A DNA stretch of 64,000 nucleotides from Geosiphon pyriformis uo1 (taxonomy: Eukaryota; Fungi; Glomeromycota), in contig JAAOMT010000007.1 of NCBI GenBank assembly GCA_016748015.1, positions 46,035-110,034 on the forward strand. Direction: 5' to 3'. A model generated the notes under the pieces. The model had not been told where the DNA came from. It did not search any database and saw only the letters and a program-made list of their open reading frames with translations. Below are positions 13,690 through 27,282 of the stretch, piece by piece (position 1 is the first letter of the stretch; the number at the start of each line of letters is the position of its first letter). A program made the translations under genes and the position numbers.

Positions 13690-15675
13690 TATCTGGAATT
13701 TTTCTATGAGATTTATACTTTTTTATAGCATATTTTACTAATTTTCACTAAGATTTTTTTTATAAAGATTCATATAATATCAAAATTTTCTTGAAAATTA
13801 TCTAATAGTTATTAAAAATACTGATTTAAGACTTTCAGACACTGTTTTTTATAATCTTTTTCATGAATAATCGTATTTATTATGTGTATATTTTTTAGCA
13901 GCTCTTTAATATTTTTCAATAAAATTTAATTCACAATGAAATTTTAGAAAAAAAATGCACTTATGTTCTATACTTTCAATTAATTCTTCAATTGCATTTT
14001 TTTGAGTAAGAAAATCAAATTTCAAAGATATTACTTAAAATATATAACAAGAAACTCTTGATTTTTTCTTTGTATTTTTGGCATTCTAATACTAATCTTT
14101 TTGATGGCCATTTTTTTATTCTATTAATACTTGTTTAATTTTTTTATGTAATCATCAAAGTTTTTCATCTAAATATGTTTCTGGAAAAATCATTGATTGT
14201 AATTGATTATCTAATTCAAAATAAGTATTTTGCATTAATAATTGCTTTTTATCTGACTTAAATTCATTTTACTTGTAATTAAAGCATTTTTACTAAATAT
14301 TATATGATTAAAGCTATTATCAAAAGCAAATATAGTTGTATAATCTGAATATAATTTCTCAAAAATTGGAATTGCTTTAAATTTTATTTGTTTAAGAAGA
14401 TGATCTGCTGTCTAATAACCATCTTGATTTATATTAGATTGCAAATAGTATTGTGCTTTTTTCAGTATATTAAAATAGTTTTCTATATTATTTTGTTGTA
14501 AATATAAGTGTCTATCAATTTTAGTTAGAAATTTACTGACTATGATTGATTTTTTCTTTTTTTTTTTCTCTATTAAGTAAGTTAAGACATATTTAATCTA
14601 TAAATTCATTTTTATACTTTGACATATATTTTTTATGCTCATATATTTTTCTAAAAATTTTTTCAAGATACAAGATATTATTTTTTTCATGTCTATCATA
14701 ATATAAGTCTTGATAATATTGTTGGAATAAATAACCAAAAATTTTGAGCCATTTTACTGTAATTATAAAACTAATGGTTTTTTCCTTCATTATTTCAATA
14801 TTAGGAAACAATTCATGCTTGATGAATTTTTTAAATATGGCTGAAGTAATATTGAAGTTTTGGTTTCTAATTCAAATATGACATCTTTTCACAATATTTT
14901 TATTATTAATTATTCTAATTATTTTTTAATGTTTTCTATGTTTTGATATTAAAAGCTTATCATTAAGCAATTAATATTTTGCAAGATATTGAATTCTTTG
15001 TGCTTTTTATACACTACTATTAATAAAAACTTTTTGGGCAATTTTCAAATTAGCATTAATTTTATTATTATTATTATTATTATTTAACAAAGTAAGATAT
15101 TTAAAAATAGCTATTTTTTGATTATATTTGAAAACAGTTAACTGAGTATGTTGTTTTTATAAATGTTTTTTTAACTTTTGTTCTTTTTTTATTTGACTAG
15201 CATATGGATCAACTTTACTTTTTAAATTGCTTGAAGATTTATTAGATTTAAGCCATTGTAAGTCTATAGTTTAAGCATTACTAATATTAAAAAAAGTGGT
15301 AATTTTTTTAGTTCCAGCTGCTGCTTTGGTAAATAAACCATTTGGTCTATATTTATCATAATAAATTGACTTTAATATTTTTTTTGTTATGTAAGAGCTT
15401 CACTTTTTTTTTAGATGATTGTTATTTTTCTATATTAAACTGAGTTTTTTTAATTTTGTATTTATTTTAATTGCAGCTTTCATATCTTTTATATCATCCC
15501 ATCTACTGTTATTATTATTATGCCACTTTTTATCACTAACATTTAGTCTGTTAAATTTATTTACTTTAATATCATAATTATTTATTAATGTAATATGATG
15601 TGTTTTTTTATATAATTCTTTTGTATTTCTAATTTGATCTTTAGCTTTTCTTTTTCCTTTAAAATAAAGTGGCAT
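13690..15675 (-). pseudogene. Decayed DDE transposase of the IS630/Tc1-mariner superfamily (PKFHCELN-type)
   Basis: Minus strand gives HKCIFFLKFHCELNFIEKY*RAAKKYT at ~13885-13965, and WLKIFGY.FQQYYQDLYYDRHE (like ...YYDGHER) in ORF 14593-14811; no TIRs located. Confidence 0.7.
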
Positions 15676-16069
15676 TTTTTTATGTAATATGATGTTAATC
15701 TAGTGTGTAATTGGTGTTTAAACAGAATTAAAAAATTTGAACCATGTAATATTATACAACAAAATTGTATTACAATAAAAATAGCATTTTTATTTCAGGT
15801 ACATATCTATTCTTTAAATCTCTTTGGTTCCAATTTAAACTTTAATTTCTGTTTTGTAGTTTTGAATAAAAAGCAATCAAATAAAGCTTCTTTGGTATTC
15901 ATCAAAAAAAAATTTTTATTGGGATTGAGGAGATTATTTGAGCCGAAAATTCAGATAATATCAATAAAAATAGTTATTACAAAAATCTTTCCAACTTATG
16001 ACAAGGAACTTGGGCAAAAAAGTCTAATATTGACAATTAAACAATCAATTCAAAAGAAACATAATTTTC

Positions 16070-16520
16070 AAATTGAAGCTGATCTTTTAGAGCTAATAAA
16101 AGATTTATTGCAAATAATTGTTGATCAAAAAAATAGTAGATAAGGATATTTGAAATAGATTTCAATTTTAGTATTACAGCTTAATTATAATCTTTTATTT
16201 TCATATTCAGTAGTCAACAATATGCCAAATTATTTATAGATTTACTATTCAAAGAAAAATATCTAGAATATTATGATGTGATTAAAGAGCCAAAATCTTT
16301 AAACATGATTAAGATTAGTACTATATACTTCTTTCTTATTGGTTGTTTAATACTTGACATATGTTTTTTACATCACATCAGTAGAAAATTCGAAAAAAAT
16401 ATTATCTATTTATGAATTCAATTAGAACTTGCAATTGATTTTAAAAATGGCATGTATTTTAATAATAATTCACATATTTTCAAAAATGCCAAATTCTTAT
16501 AAATAAGAAATTTATTAGGC
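16070..16520 (+). pseudogene. Bromodomain-encoding pseudogene fragment with two introns
   Basis: Exon 16211-16313 reads QQYAKLFIDLLFKEKYLEYYDVIKEPKSLNMIK (ZA-loop pattern F..LP....YP.YY.VIK.P..L..I); next exon SIYEFN*NLQLI.KNGMYFNNNSHIFKNAKFL; acceptors TTCAG 16210 and ATCAG 16381; donors mutated GT>AT. Confidence 0.72.
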
Positions 16521-17754
16521 CTTTACAAAAAAATCTGGGTTTTATCTATTTGAACTAATATATTTCATATATTTTTTGCATTAAAACAAACTCATTAGAA
16601 AATGTACAACATTAACCAAAAAAGCTATTTAAGATTATAGACTTTAAGACAACTTTAGTTCTTTCAATCAAAGTAAAGCCAAAAATTTTTCAATTCCAAC
16701 CTAATTTTTCTAAATTAACACCAATTAATATAAGTTTTTTGATTATTATGATAAGCTATTATATATTATATTCTAATAAGTTGTTAAAATATTCAACAAT
16801 CAAAATTTTTTTTACAGTTTAAGAAACCAATTCTAAAACTAGATCATGATTTAGTCAAATACATAATAAGTATTTTAGTTATTATATTTTTTTTTGGTAT
16901 AATTTATCATTCAAATATTAAATTTAACCAGAAATTTTTATTACAGAAGATTTTATATATCTCTTAAATCTAAGCAAATTTTTGAAATACAATATTATAG
17001 TCATTAAAAAGTTATTTGTGAATTCAAAGTAAGTATTTACATTATAATAATACAAGATTATAAATAGAGTACAAATAACATTCTCAAATTTTTTGACAAT
17101 TATTCATAATACTTTTACAATTTCTTTGACATCTGGTGTAAACAATATTAATATCTGAATTTTTGTTCTGATAATGACAACCAAATATAATGGTAGTGTA
17201 AATAAAATATTCATGGTTAATAGTGTCTTGTTACTAGCAGAAGACATATAGGCCAAAAGATATTATATTTTTATAAAAAAGTGATCATTTAAAAATTAGA
17301 TTAATATTAATTGAAAGTTTTTCTGAAAATGATAATACTTTAATGATTTATTACATGGTAATGTGACTTTAATGATTGCTAAAATCTGATTGATCGGCAT
17401 CTAAAAATTAAAGATTAATAATAAAAGTGGCTAATTTTAAACTTTAATAACTTTATAAATTATAATATAATTCAAAAAATTAAACATAATCTATCATATT
17501 TATGGTTTAGTTTTTTAATATTATTAAAATTGGAAGACTAGATACAATTTAAAATTATATAAATTGTTTGATGACTATAAATAGTTTGCACTATAAGAAT
17601 TATAATTTTAGGATAAATAAGAAAATTTGCAATTATAACCTATTATTATGATTTATGATCAGTTGTTTTGAATTTTTTGTTCCTTAACTAAAGTCTTTGA
17701 CATTCAATAGTTCATATTATTTTGACTAAAGTCTTTTTCTCTATTTTTCTACAG

Positions 17755-18446
17755 ATCTGTGAGATGTTATCTGGCTTTAAAAGACATTTTTTGTCATTAG
17801 ACACTCTCATAAAAGACAGTATAACTGTTAAGTATTCAGAAGAATGATGGTCAGAACTGTAGTTAACCTGTATCCTAGCAATGTAGCTCACACTTGGCTG
17901 TTAAGAGTTGTATTGTAAGCACACACAATCTGTGAGATGTCGTCTGGCTTCAGAAGTTACTTCTTGTCATTGGATGCTCTCATGGAAGACAGTATAACTG
18001 CTAAGTGTTCGGAAGAATGATGGTCAAAACTGTAGTTAACCTGCATTGTGGTAATGTAGCTTACACTTGGCTGTCAAGAGTTGTATTATAAGCACACATG
18101 GCCTGTGAGATGCCGTCTGGCTTCAAAAAGTATTTTTTATCATTGGATGCTCTCATGGAAGACAGTATAACTGCTAAGTATTTGGAAAAATAATGGTCAG
18201 AACTGTAGTTAACCTGCATCCTAGCAATGTAGCTCACACTTGGCTGTCAAAAGTTGTATTGTAAGCACACATGGCCTGTGAGATGTTTTCTGGCTTTAAA
18301 AAGTACTTTTTGTCATTGAACACTCTCATAAAAGACAATATAACTGCTAAATATTTAGAAAAACAATGGTCAGAACTGTTATTAATCTGCATCATGGCAA
18401 TGTAGTTCACACTTAGCTGTCAAGAGTTGTACTGTGAGCACATATG
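17755..18446 (+). repeat. Tandem array of four 173-bp GC-richer units
   Basis: Units start at 17755, 17928, 18101 and 18274 (period 173) with (A/G)(T/C)CTGTGAGATG; copies differ mostly by transitions; preceded by TTGACTAAAG...TTTTTCTACAG. Confidence 0.97.
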
Positions 18447-18610
18447 GCTGGTTATTCTTGCAGCAATCTTATTGAACAATTTGTAAGTATTCAAATGATG
18501 GGAAACAAAATGAAATACAAAAGTTTATTGATTAGTAATGTTCTCTTCTTTGACTTTTTGTTCCTTTACATTAACTTGACTAAAGTTCTCTTTTTTCTAT
18601 TTTTCTACAG

Positions 18611-18772
18611 GCCTGTGAGATGTCATCAGACTTTAGAAAACTCTTTTTATTGTTGGATGCTCAGTACAACTGCTAATTGTTTAGAGGAATGTATGGTCAG
18701 AATTGTCATTAATCTGCATTGTAGTGATATAGTTCATGATCAATAACCAAGAATGCATATTGTGAGCATATA
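18611..18772 (+). repeat. Fifth, diverged copy of the 173-bp unit behind a duplicated intron-like acceptor
   Basis: TTGACTAAAGTTCTCTTTTTTCTATTTTTCTACAG|GCCTGTGAGATG matches the context before unit 1; has a short deletion and a 1-nt insertion relative to units 1-4. Confidence 0.88.
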
Positions 18773-19995
18773 GTCTATTTCTTACATTTGCATGCTATCT
18801 TTGGCTGCAGATAGTAGTAAAGTGTTGTGACCATAAAATTTTGGGTGACATAATGATATAGCTTAGCTTCTTTGAGTTTTTTTTCGCCCAATTGAATCTG
18901 ATGTTCAATTCGGCTTTCTGTATATTTGTTTCTTTTATAAATTGTAACAGAAAATTGAATATACAGTCAAATTTCTAAAATTTAATTTTAAGTTTACTGT
19001 AAAAATTTGATAGAAAGTTCTAAATTCAAAACTGAATTGTGTTATATTGCATTTATATTTGTGAATTGTTAAAATTGAATTAGAAATTAAATAATAAATT
19101 TGAAATATTAATGTATTTTTTTTTGTTTTAACAATGTGTACTTATTTTTTACTAATGTAATTATTTATGCTAATGCTTCAAATTGAATTGTATTAAGTGG
19201 AAAAAAAAATATGATTTATAAAAGCTTGTTGTCTATTTAATAAAAAATAAAATAAAATTATCTGTTTTTATTATAGTATCTATTACAAAAAAACATTTGA
19301 ATTTTCCAAGAAAATTAAGCAAATACTAAATAAATATATAAAAAAACAAATACTTTTTAATCTTCTAATAATATCGAAAAATTCAGAATTATTATTTAAT
19401 ATTAATACCATTCAAAAAAAAATGAGTAATATTTTCCAATAATAATATTAAATTATGTAATTATTATTTGATTTTTTGTTACTTTAAATTTTACAACAAT
19501 TATAACTTTATTTATAATTTATTACTAATATTTTTTATTTGATTTTTAAGCTTAAAAAGCCAACTAACAAAAATTCAAAATTCAAAATCAATTTTGATTT
19601 AAATATTATTTTTAAAATTAACAAAAATTTAAACACTATTGTTAAAATTAAACAATTTTTTACTTATTTTAATTAATATAAAAATTAAATATTAAATTTA
19701 ATTTAAAATATTTTGAAAAATATTTTTAATTTTTATAAAAATAACTTTTAAAATTTTAGTTAATATTATAATTTAGATTATTTTATAAATTAACTTAATA
19801 AAAAAAAATTTATATTAAAAAACAATTAATACTAAATATACTAAAAATATTATTTTAAAATTACAAAATAAATTAGATAAAATCTATATAATTAAAACAA
19901 AAAATTATCAAGCAAAATTAAAATTATTTTATTATATTAATATTATATTTTTAAATTAAAAATTAATTTAAATATATTTAAATTAAAACAAATTA

Positions 19996-22900
19996 TTTTT
20001 TTTTTATTATATTTAATGAATAAAATCTAAACACTACTTAGTATAATACATCATATGATTGATCTAAACTAGGTGTGAATCATACATTTTTCATACATGA
20101 CCAGCCACTTAGTCCAGTTAAGACAACATTAAACACTTATATGAATAAAAACCATGTCTCTTATACTTGAAAAAAACAAATTAGGTTTATGAAGACCAAA
20201 ACCAATACCAAATGCTTTAGTTACATCCAACAATTTGACCACATCAGCCAAAAGCATCAAAAAAAGCCCAAAAACTGAAATAGGAATAGATCTATTATAT
20301 GAAATCAGTTTATTTTTTTCCATAAAAGCTTTATGTTTGGCATAAACCAACCAAAATTTGTCCCAGAATGCCAAACAAAACCTGTGCACAAAATTGACAA
20401 TATTTTGACTTGCCATCTTAAAATTCTTGAAAATAGAAACAGATTCATAATACCAATTATTGAAAACAAAGTTTTTATACAGAGCCATATTAATCACAAT
20501 ATTAGAAGCACAGATGGATAACAGCTGCAAAACACAAAAAACAAAGCAAAAAAGACCAAAAAGCACCTCCCAAGCAGTCACATAAGCATTTAATAACCAA
20601 ACACGACCAGCAGCATCAAAAGCACAAGAAAAAACATAGTCTAAGACTTTTATTTTATCACAAAATGAACATACTACACTGAGATAACTTTTGTCATATA
20701 GCTGTTTACACAACACAACAGGTAGTTGATAATGTAAAGCTTTTATAAAATATATACAAGACCTAGCAAAAAATCTGCTGGTAAAATCAGCAGTCATGTG
20801 AAAATCAAGATGCCATACCAAAAATAATCTAAACTAATCAATATCCACATATAAACTATTCAATACAACCCAAAAGCCAGAGCCAACCTTCCAATATACA
20901 TAATAAACTGACCAAAATATCTCACAAACAAAATGTTTAGAATTGCCAGAAACTGTATTACTATTAGCTCTGATGTAATACTCACTAACTAAATATGGAA
21001 GGTGCCAACTAAAGAAAACAGTAGCCTTAACAAGCATATCAACACATTTATTACCTGAAACACTTAAGTAACTCTTAATCTTGCACCAATTAACATCCAA
21101 ATTTTTGCATCAGATAACATTCACAATATGATGGTGTTTGATCCAACAATGATTCCTGAAATCTGGACAAGCCAAACTTAATTCTGATCTGCAATTATCT
21201 AAAGCAGCTTGGCTGTCCAAATATAAATCTACCAAATAAGATAATAAAATACATTCAAGAGCCAAAGCAATGGCTTACAACTCCACCATAATAAAAAACA
21301 TCAAACCAGAGACTCTAACACCCAAACCCAAATCTATGTCTCAAAAAAAACTGCAGTACCAGTCTTTATATTCAAAGTTCTCAAATTACATAAAAATTTA
21401 TTTGTATAGACTGAAAGTTAATCAGTTTTAACACCCAAAAGACTGTTACAAATGACCTTAAACTCATAAGACTTAAGAACATTCAAAGTGCCACAGCTGT
21501 TTAGAAGTGAAAAATAGACAGAAAAAAGAACTACACCACAAAAAAAACAAGCAGAAAGCTCAAACTAAATGAGAACTGAGTTATAAAAGTCCAACTACTT
21601 TTATTGCTTAAAAGTTTTTCAATCAAAAACAGTGCTCTTATAATTGTGAAGCTGTTTTATAAAGACAATTTTATAATACTGAAATGAAAAAAAATATTTA
21701 GAATAATTTGAATTACTGAGGACAAGAGACATAGGAGTTCCACCACAAAATCTAAAGACATTGGCCACAAAAACATTCAAAGACAGATAACATCCAGAAA
21801 AAATATGGACCATACTTGCCAAAAAATTATTCAAAGTGTTGACTTTGATATAAACTGAAAACTGCAAAAAATGGATTGGATACCAGCTAAGAACTTGCAG
21901 ATTATGTGACCTGTGAGAAAACAGCTGATCCAAAATCCCAACAGAGTTTGCAAAAGAAACAGCAGCAGCCAATTTGCTCTTAACTTGAATTTGTTCAAAT
22001 ATTTTCAGACCATATAGAGAAAAGTGATGAATAGCATTGTTGGAAAAATTGAGTGGCAAACCAAATTTAAACTTCAAACTCTTATAAATTAGAATGTTCT
22101 ATTTAATACATATGTCAATAGAAATATAACTGAATTGAATCCTATAACTAATAATAGAATAGAAGACTACAGACACCATATATATAAACTGTTTATTAAA
22201 GATTGTCTTCCTTAAAACTAAATTGGTGAAAAACTGGATATTCAAATGAGTCTTAACCAAGTTAGACTTTGACAAACTCTCAGAAAATAAAAATATTTTC
22301 AAGTAATAATGAGATTTCCCTTTTTTAACAATAGAAATAGATGAGTCACTAACAATTAGAAATGAATTTGCAACTTTGCAATTAATAAAAATGGCTACAG
22401 TCTTGTTATTATTAATTAAAATGTTATTGAACTAAAAAAATTCACTAGTAATATTGAGAATATGTTGTGTAGTAGTTTGGCTACTACCAACCCAGATTGT
22501 ATTGTCAATAAAAGCACCAGTAGCAAAAAAGATGTTATTTTAGTCTGAGATTCCACTTGGCCAGTTTTAGCAACAAAAGAAGAGTTCAATCTGTAATCAT
22601 ATATACTCTTCTGTCTCTTGATTTTATATAGGAGAGAATCATAAAATATGTGCTAAAGAAGAAATAAGAATACTTCTTCCTGATCCAACTTATTATAAAC
22701 CTAATATCTATTACTCAAACCAAAATCTATTATCATTCTGTTAACACAACCATTGTGAATGCCACAAAAAAATCTAATAAACTTGCTACACATTTTGATT
22801 TTAACCAAACTTCTCCTAAGATGTTCCCATTTAACAGAGTTATAAGTCTTATGCATATTTTGTAAAACAAGCCACAGTTTTCTGTTTTTTTTTAAGGCAT

Positions 22901-25900
22901 CTTCGACCACAGAACCAATGGCAAAAATGGGAGATTGTATTATTGTATCTTTCAAAACAGAAAAATTATTTCCTCAGAGAACATTAAAAGCACTACAAAT
23001 AAAAAAAATTTTGTCTGAAAGAATTTTGAAAAAGATTTTGCAAGCCGTCTTAATTAAAGCAATAGAACAGGTATTTGTAAGAACACCTTTCCACTCATAT
23101 GGCTTGGGAATCATTAAAACCCAAGCTTTTTTCCAAGGCTCAAGTACTGATTCACAAAACAAACACAAATTTAAAAACACCAAAAACATATTCAAAACCA
23201 AATTGTCACAGTATTTCTATAATTTATTTGTAATGCCAGACAAACTGGCCACTTTCCTATCAGGCAAACTTAAAATTACACTAAACATTTCATCAAAACC
23301 AATCAGACACATCACATTAGAAAAGACATCATTAAAAACATGATCCAAAGACTGATATTGGCAAAACCAAACATCAGAAATATTAAAAAATACTTCATGT
23401 TTTCTGGTCCAATTTTTCATGATCTCATCCATCTTTGATTTAACTAACTTGGGCTCCAAAACCAACTTATCATCCACAATCAAATAATTCAGTACTATTT
23501 TGCAAAAAGAATGCTCCAACACACTTTTAATAATATGATCTTTGTTTAATTCAAAACTCTTCATCTTTTTACTAATAACCAACTTAATATGAGATTTCTC
23601 AGCATGCCTGAATTTTAGCAACTTAGAAGAACAATAAGACTTTCTTGCTCTGGCCAGAGCTAACCAAATAATGTCAAAATTAAAACCTGATAGAAAAAAA
23701 AATTCACAGTTGACATACTATCTGCATCAAGCATATTCTACTTATTCATCAATAATGTAAATTCATTACTAGAAACTATACAAGAAGTCTTAATCAATTT
23801 AGATGCCAAAATCTCCAATTTGTAAAACCTAGAAGATCTTTTGGTAAAAACACTATCAAAACCCTTAAACCACTTCTTTTTGAACATTCCATCAACTAAA
23901 AGAATAACAATTCTATAAACAACATCTCATATTGTATCCAAATTAGAGAATTGCCTGAATGTAGCAAAGTTATTAGAAAACATCACAGCATTAGCTGCTG
24001 TAGCATTCTTAAATTTACTCTATTTTATCTTATCAGCATTATTAACATCAAACTTCTAATGATTCATATTTGCCTGTTTGCATAAAAAGTTTAAATGTAC
24101 ATCCAACAAACTTTTTAGTTTCACAGAAACAGTGACAACTCAATAATTAATGTCAAAATATTCTTTAACAAAAAGCATATCATGAATCACCAATGTATTA
24201 ACCAGATTAAAAGAAATAAACATATAGTTAATTGTCTTTACAACACCCTTAGAATTAGTCCACATTGGCACTTTTACAAATAAGCTCTCATCTAAAAAAT
24301 TAACCAGATTTAAATTGAAGTATTTCTTAAAACTAGCACACTTGTAAGAATTATTTTCATTGAAATTGCCATTCAAAATAACAAAAGAGAATTCATTCAC
24401 AGTTCTTGCAATTAATGAATTAATATTACTGGCTTAAGAGAACCAAACTGCAGAAAAAACACCAACATAGAATTCCAAAATTGAAACAGAAAGTTTGTTT
24501 TTGAAGAGTAACTGGATAGAAAAAAGCCAACTAGGCACCTCAGAAATCATATATACATGTTTAACCAGAGAGGCATTCATAACAATTATGACTTTAGAGC
24601 TTATGTAACCAGAATTCAAACCAGAAGTAAAAATTTGAACATCATTAAACTTATTAGTGATCCAAAGACGAATTTTCTTTTTCAGATTTGTCTCTGTAAA
24701 AATCAAAATTAAATTGTTTATATCTTTATGCCACTGAATAATGTCTATTTGTTTAGCAGCATTATTCATGTCTCTAATATTATATATAGCTATCTTCTAA
24801 ATGAAAACAGTCATTAAGAGAAATAAGCATCAAAACCCAAACCAGCATTATCTATTCTGGCTAACAGATCTATAACTGTGTTAACTAAATTCTTCAAAGT
24901 ACTTTCCAGTTTTGAAATTACTGATGGATCAAAACTCACTGTTTCTGTAACAGTTTTACCATTAGTGGTCACATCCAAACCCTTACTCATTACTGTATCT
25001 GCTCCTTAATTCTGTGATGAAGAAATTACCAATGGCTAACATCTAGGGCTAGGCTAGAAAACTGTTGGTTCAAGTGCATCCAACTTTTTAGCCAGCTTAT
25101 CAACTTGCTCTGCAAGACTGGTGAGACTGCACTCAAGGGTAACAACCTGTCATTTAATTTCACAGACACCAGCAGGATAGGTTTTATCTCTGAAAAGAAA
25201 CCAAAACTGACTGAACAATTACTTAAAGAGAAAGATAAAAAAGACAACCCACCAGCAATTTGTGCTTAAAAAGCACCACTAAAAGAAACAAAACAGGCAA
25301 CCAAAGCTAAATGTTTGGCATAAATAGCAGCCAGCCTGCTTTTATCAACATCCAAAAAGATTTTACAAGGCAAGCCACTAGAAAAAAATTTCTTACCTAA
25401 AACACAGGCCAAAGATATATGACCAGATTTCCCACACTTAACACATACAGCAGAAACAAGACAAAACCAGCAAAAATGAACACTCTTTACTATTGGTGTG
25501 GTTTCCATGACAGTATCCAAAGATTTAGCTAAGTCAAAACAAACAATGGGGCATCTGGTCTAGTCATATGTAACAAGATGACAATCAATTACACATGTTT
25601 TCCCATCCACAAAACCAACAAAATTTCAAATGTCATGAACATTTGCTTTTATTGGCAAAGTATAGAGCAATGCTCTATAATTATTTTTTTTATCTCAAGA
25701 TTCTCTGTTTTTATCAGACTTAGCAACACCCAGCATTTTTTTTAATTAGGATAGACTATTCTGTTGTAACCAAATTAACATGATTTGATTGCTTAAACTC
25801 AATTATAGTCTTCTGTCAAAGTTCCACCAATTGTATTTTAATCGACTTAATTATTTTAAACTTGAACAGCACAGTACATATAGTCTCAGTCAATGTTTCA

Positions 25901-26740
25901 ATACGAATTTTTTTACTACTACAGTCCGATCTAAATGACCAGTGGATTTCTTCAGATTAGTATTTACCAATATATTTGCAGCTTTTGTTTTTTCTGTAGT
26001 CTGTGCCAAACTCAATTCAGAAGTAAAAAAGGCATAGATGATTCCAGCAAATTTTGAAAAGGTAGAGGCCTTCTCAAAACCATTAACTTTTGAAAACAAC
26101 TTTCTAACAACTACAAATTTCTCCTAATAAGATTTTTTAGCAACTTTATTTAGGCCAATATCCAAAGCAAATGATTTCCTAACAGACACATTAACCAGAT
26201 TTTTCAGTAGAGGAGAAAAAATTATAGGAGCATCTAGAAGAATGTTATTATTATCAACATTGTCTAAGAAATTGATCTTTCCCAATGGTGTACTTAAAGC
26301 TTTTTTTGTCACCAATCTTGGACTTTTTGGCATTTGGTTGGAATCACCCTTATTGAACAAACTCTTTTCATCATAATTCACACTGGTTTCCTCTATAAAA
26401 CACTTTTTTTCTATATTGACACTATCAAATTTGGTGGTATTATTAGTCTTAGATACCCAGAAACTACCAACTGTTTTTTCAGACAAGACTATTTTGGAAG
26501 CAATACTATCTTTCAAAACACCATCTTTTCTTTTTTTTAGAGACATTATCCTTTCCACCACTACTAGCACCAAAGCTTTTGACAAATTTCTTCATTACAG
26601 CAATATTATAGCCAATAGTGGTCTTATAATTAAGCAAAAAAAAATTGGATTTATTGTACTGAATCGTGAAAAACTTTTTTTTAAAAAACTTTTTGACTCT
26701 TTTTTGGAAATTTGGGATGAAGAAAAGAAAAAAGTTTTTT
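19996..26740 (-). mobile_element. LINE copy 2, full length (~6.7 kb), decayed: ORF1 (RRM-like + CCHC) and ORF2 (APE-RT-RNaseH-CCHC)
   Basis: Poly-T at 19996-20005; ORF2 ~24814-20129 with WKKAWVLMIPKPYEW, LQNMHKTYNSVKW and G.*Q.EVF; ORF1 with CVKCGKSGHISLAC and SVRKSFALDIGL; 5' motif CTTCATCCCAAATT shared with copy 3. Confidence 0.92.
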
Positions 26741-27282
26741 AGTTTTTAATAAGAAGTTAAAAATTATTTTTTTTCCCAATTATTTATTATTTAAATTTAA
26801 TCATATTAATTAATTTATATATATTAGTCGAAAATTACAAATATATTTAAATATTTATTTATAATAATATTATTATTATTATTGTCAATATTAATAGTTT
26901 AACAAATATGGTTCAGATATTATCTAGTATATATAAACAAATTACACATTTATAATTAAATATAAATCATGTATTTACTATATATAACCAGTTATTCAAA
27001 CCAATTAATACTATATTATATACAAATATTACTATTTAATTTTAAAAAAACAAACATTTATTTTAAAAACCAAAATACATTATAAAAATCTTATTAATAC
27101 TTATTATTCAAATATTTTTGCTAAAATAATAACTAAATAAATTTTAAAAACTATAAAAAAAAAATTATTAGCTTTTATAAGTCTTTTTTTATTGTTATTT
27201 ATACTTAATTTTGTATAATTAAATATATTTTTTAAAACTTATTACAATATAGTATACAAAAAAAACCAAGTAATTTTGGTGT

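Noticed and set aside
17755-18446. CRISPR array
   Set aside because: Whole 173-bp units repeat with no unique spacers; no cas genes; eukaryotic context
17755-18446. Hammerhead ribozyme or H/ACA snoRNA identity for the unit
   Set aside because: The three-way junction lacks the CUGANGA/GAAA core on either strand. An ANANNA (ACAGTA) and a terminal ACA exist, but the H-like box falls inside the strongest helix, so this is not supported
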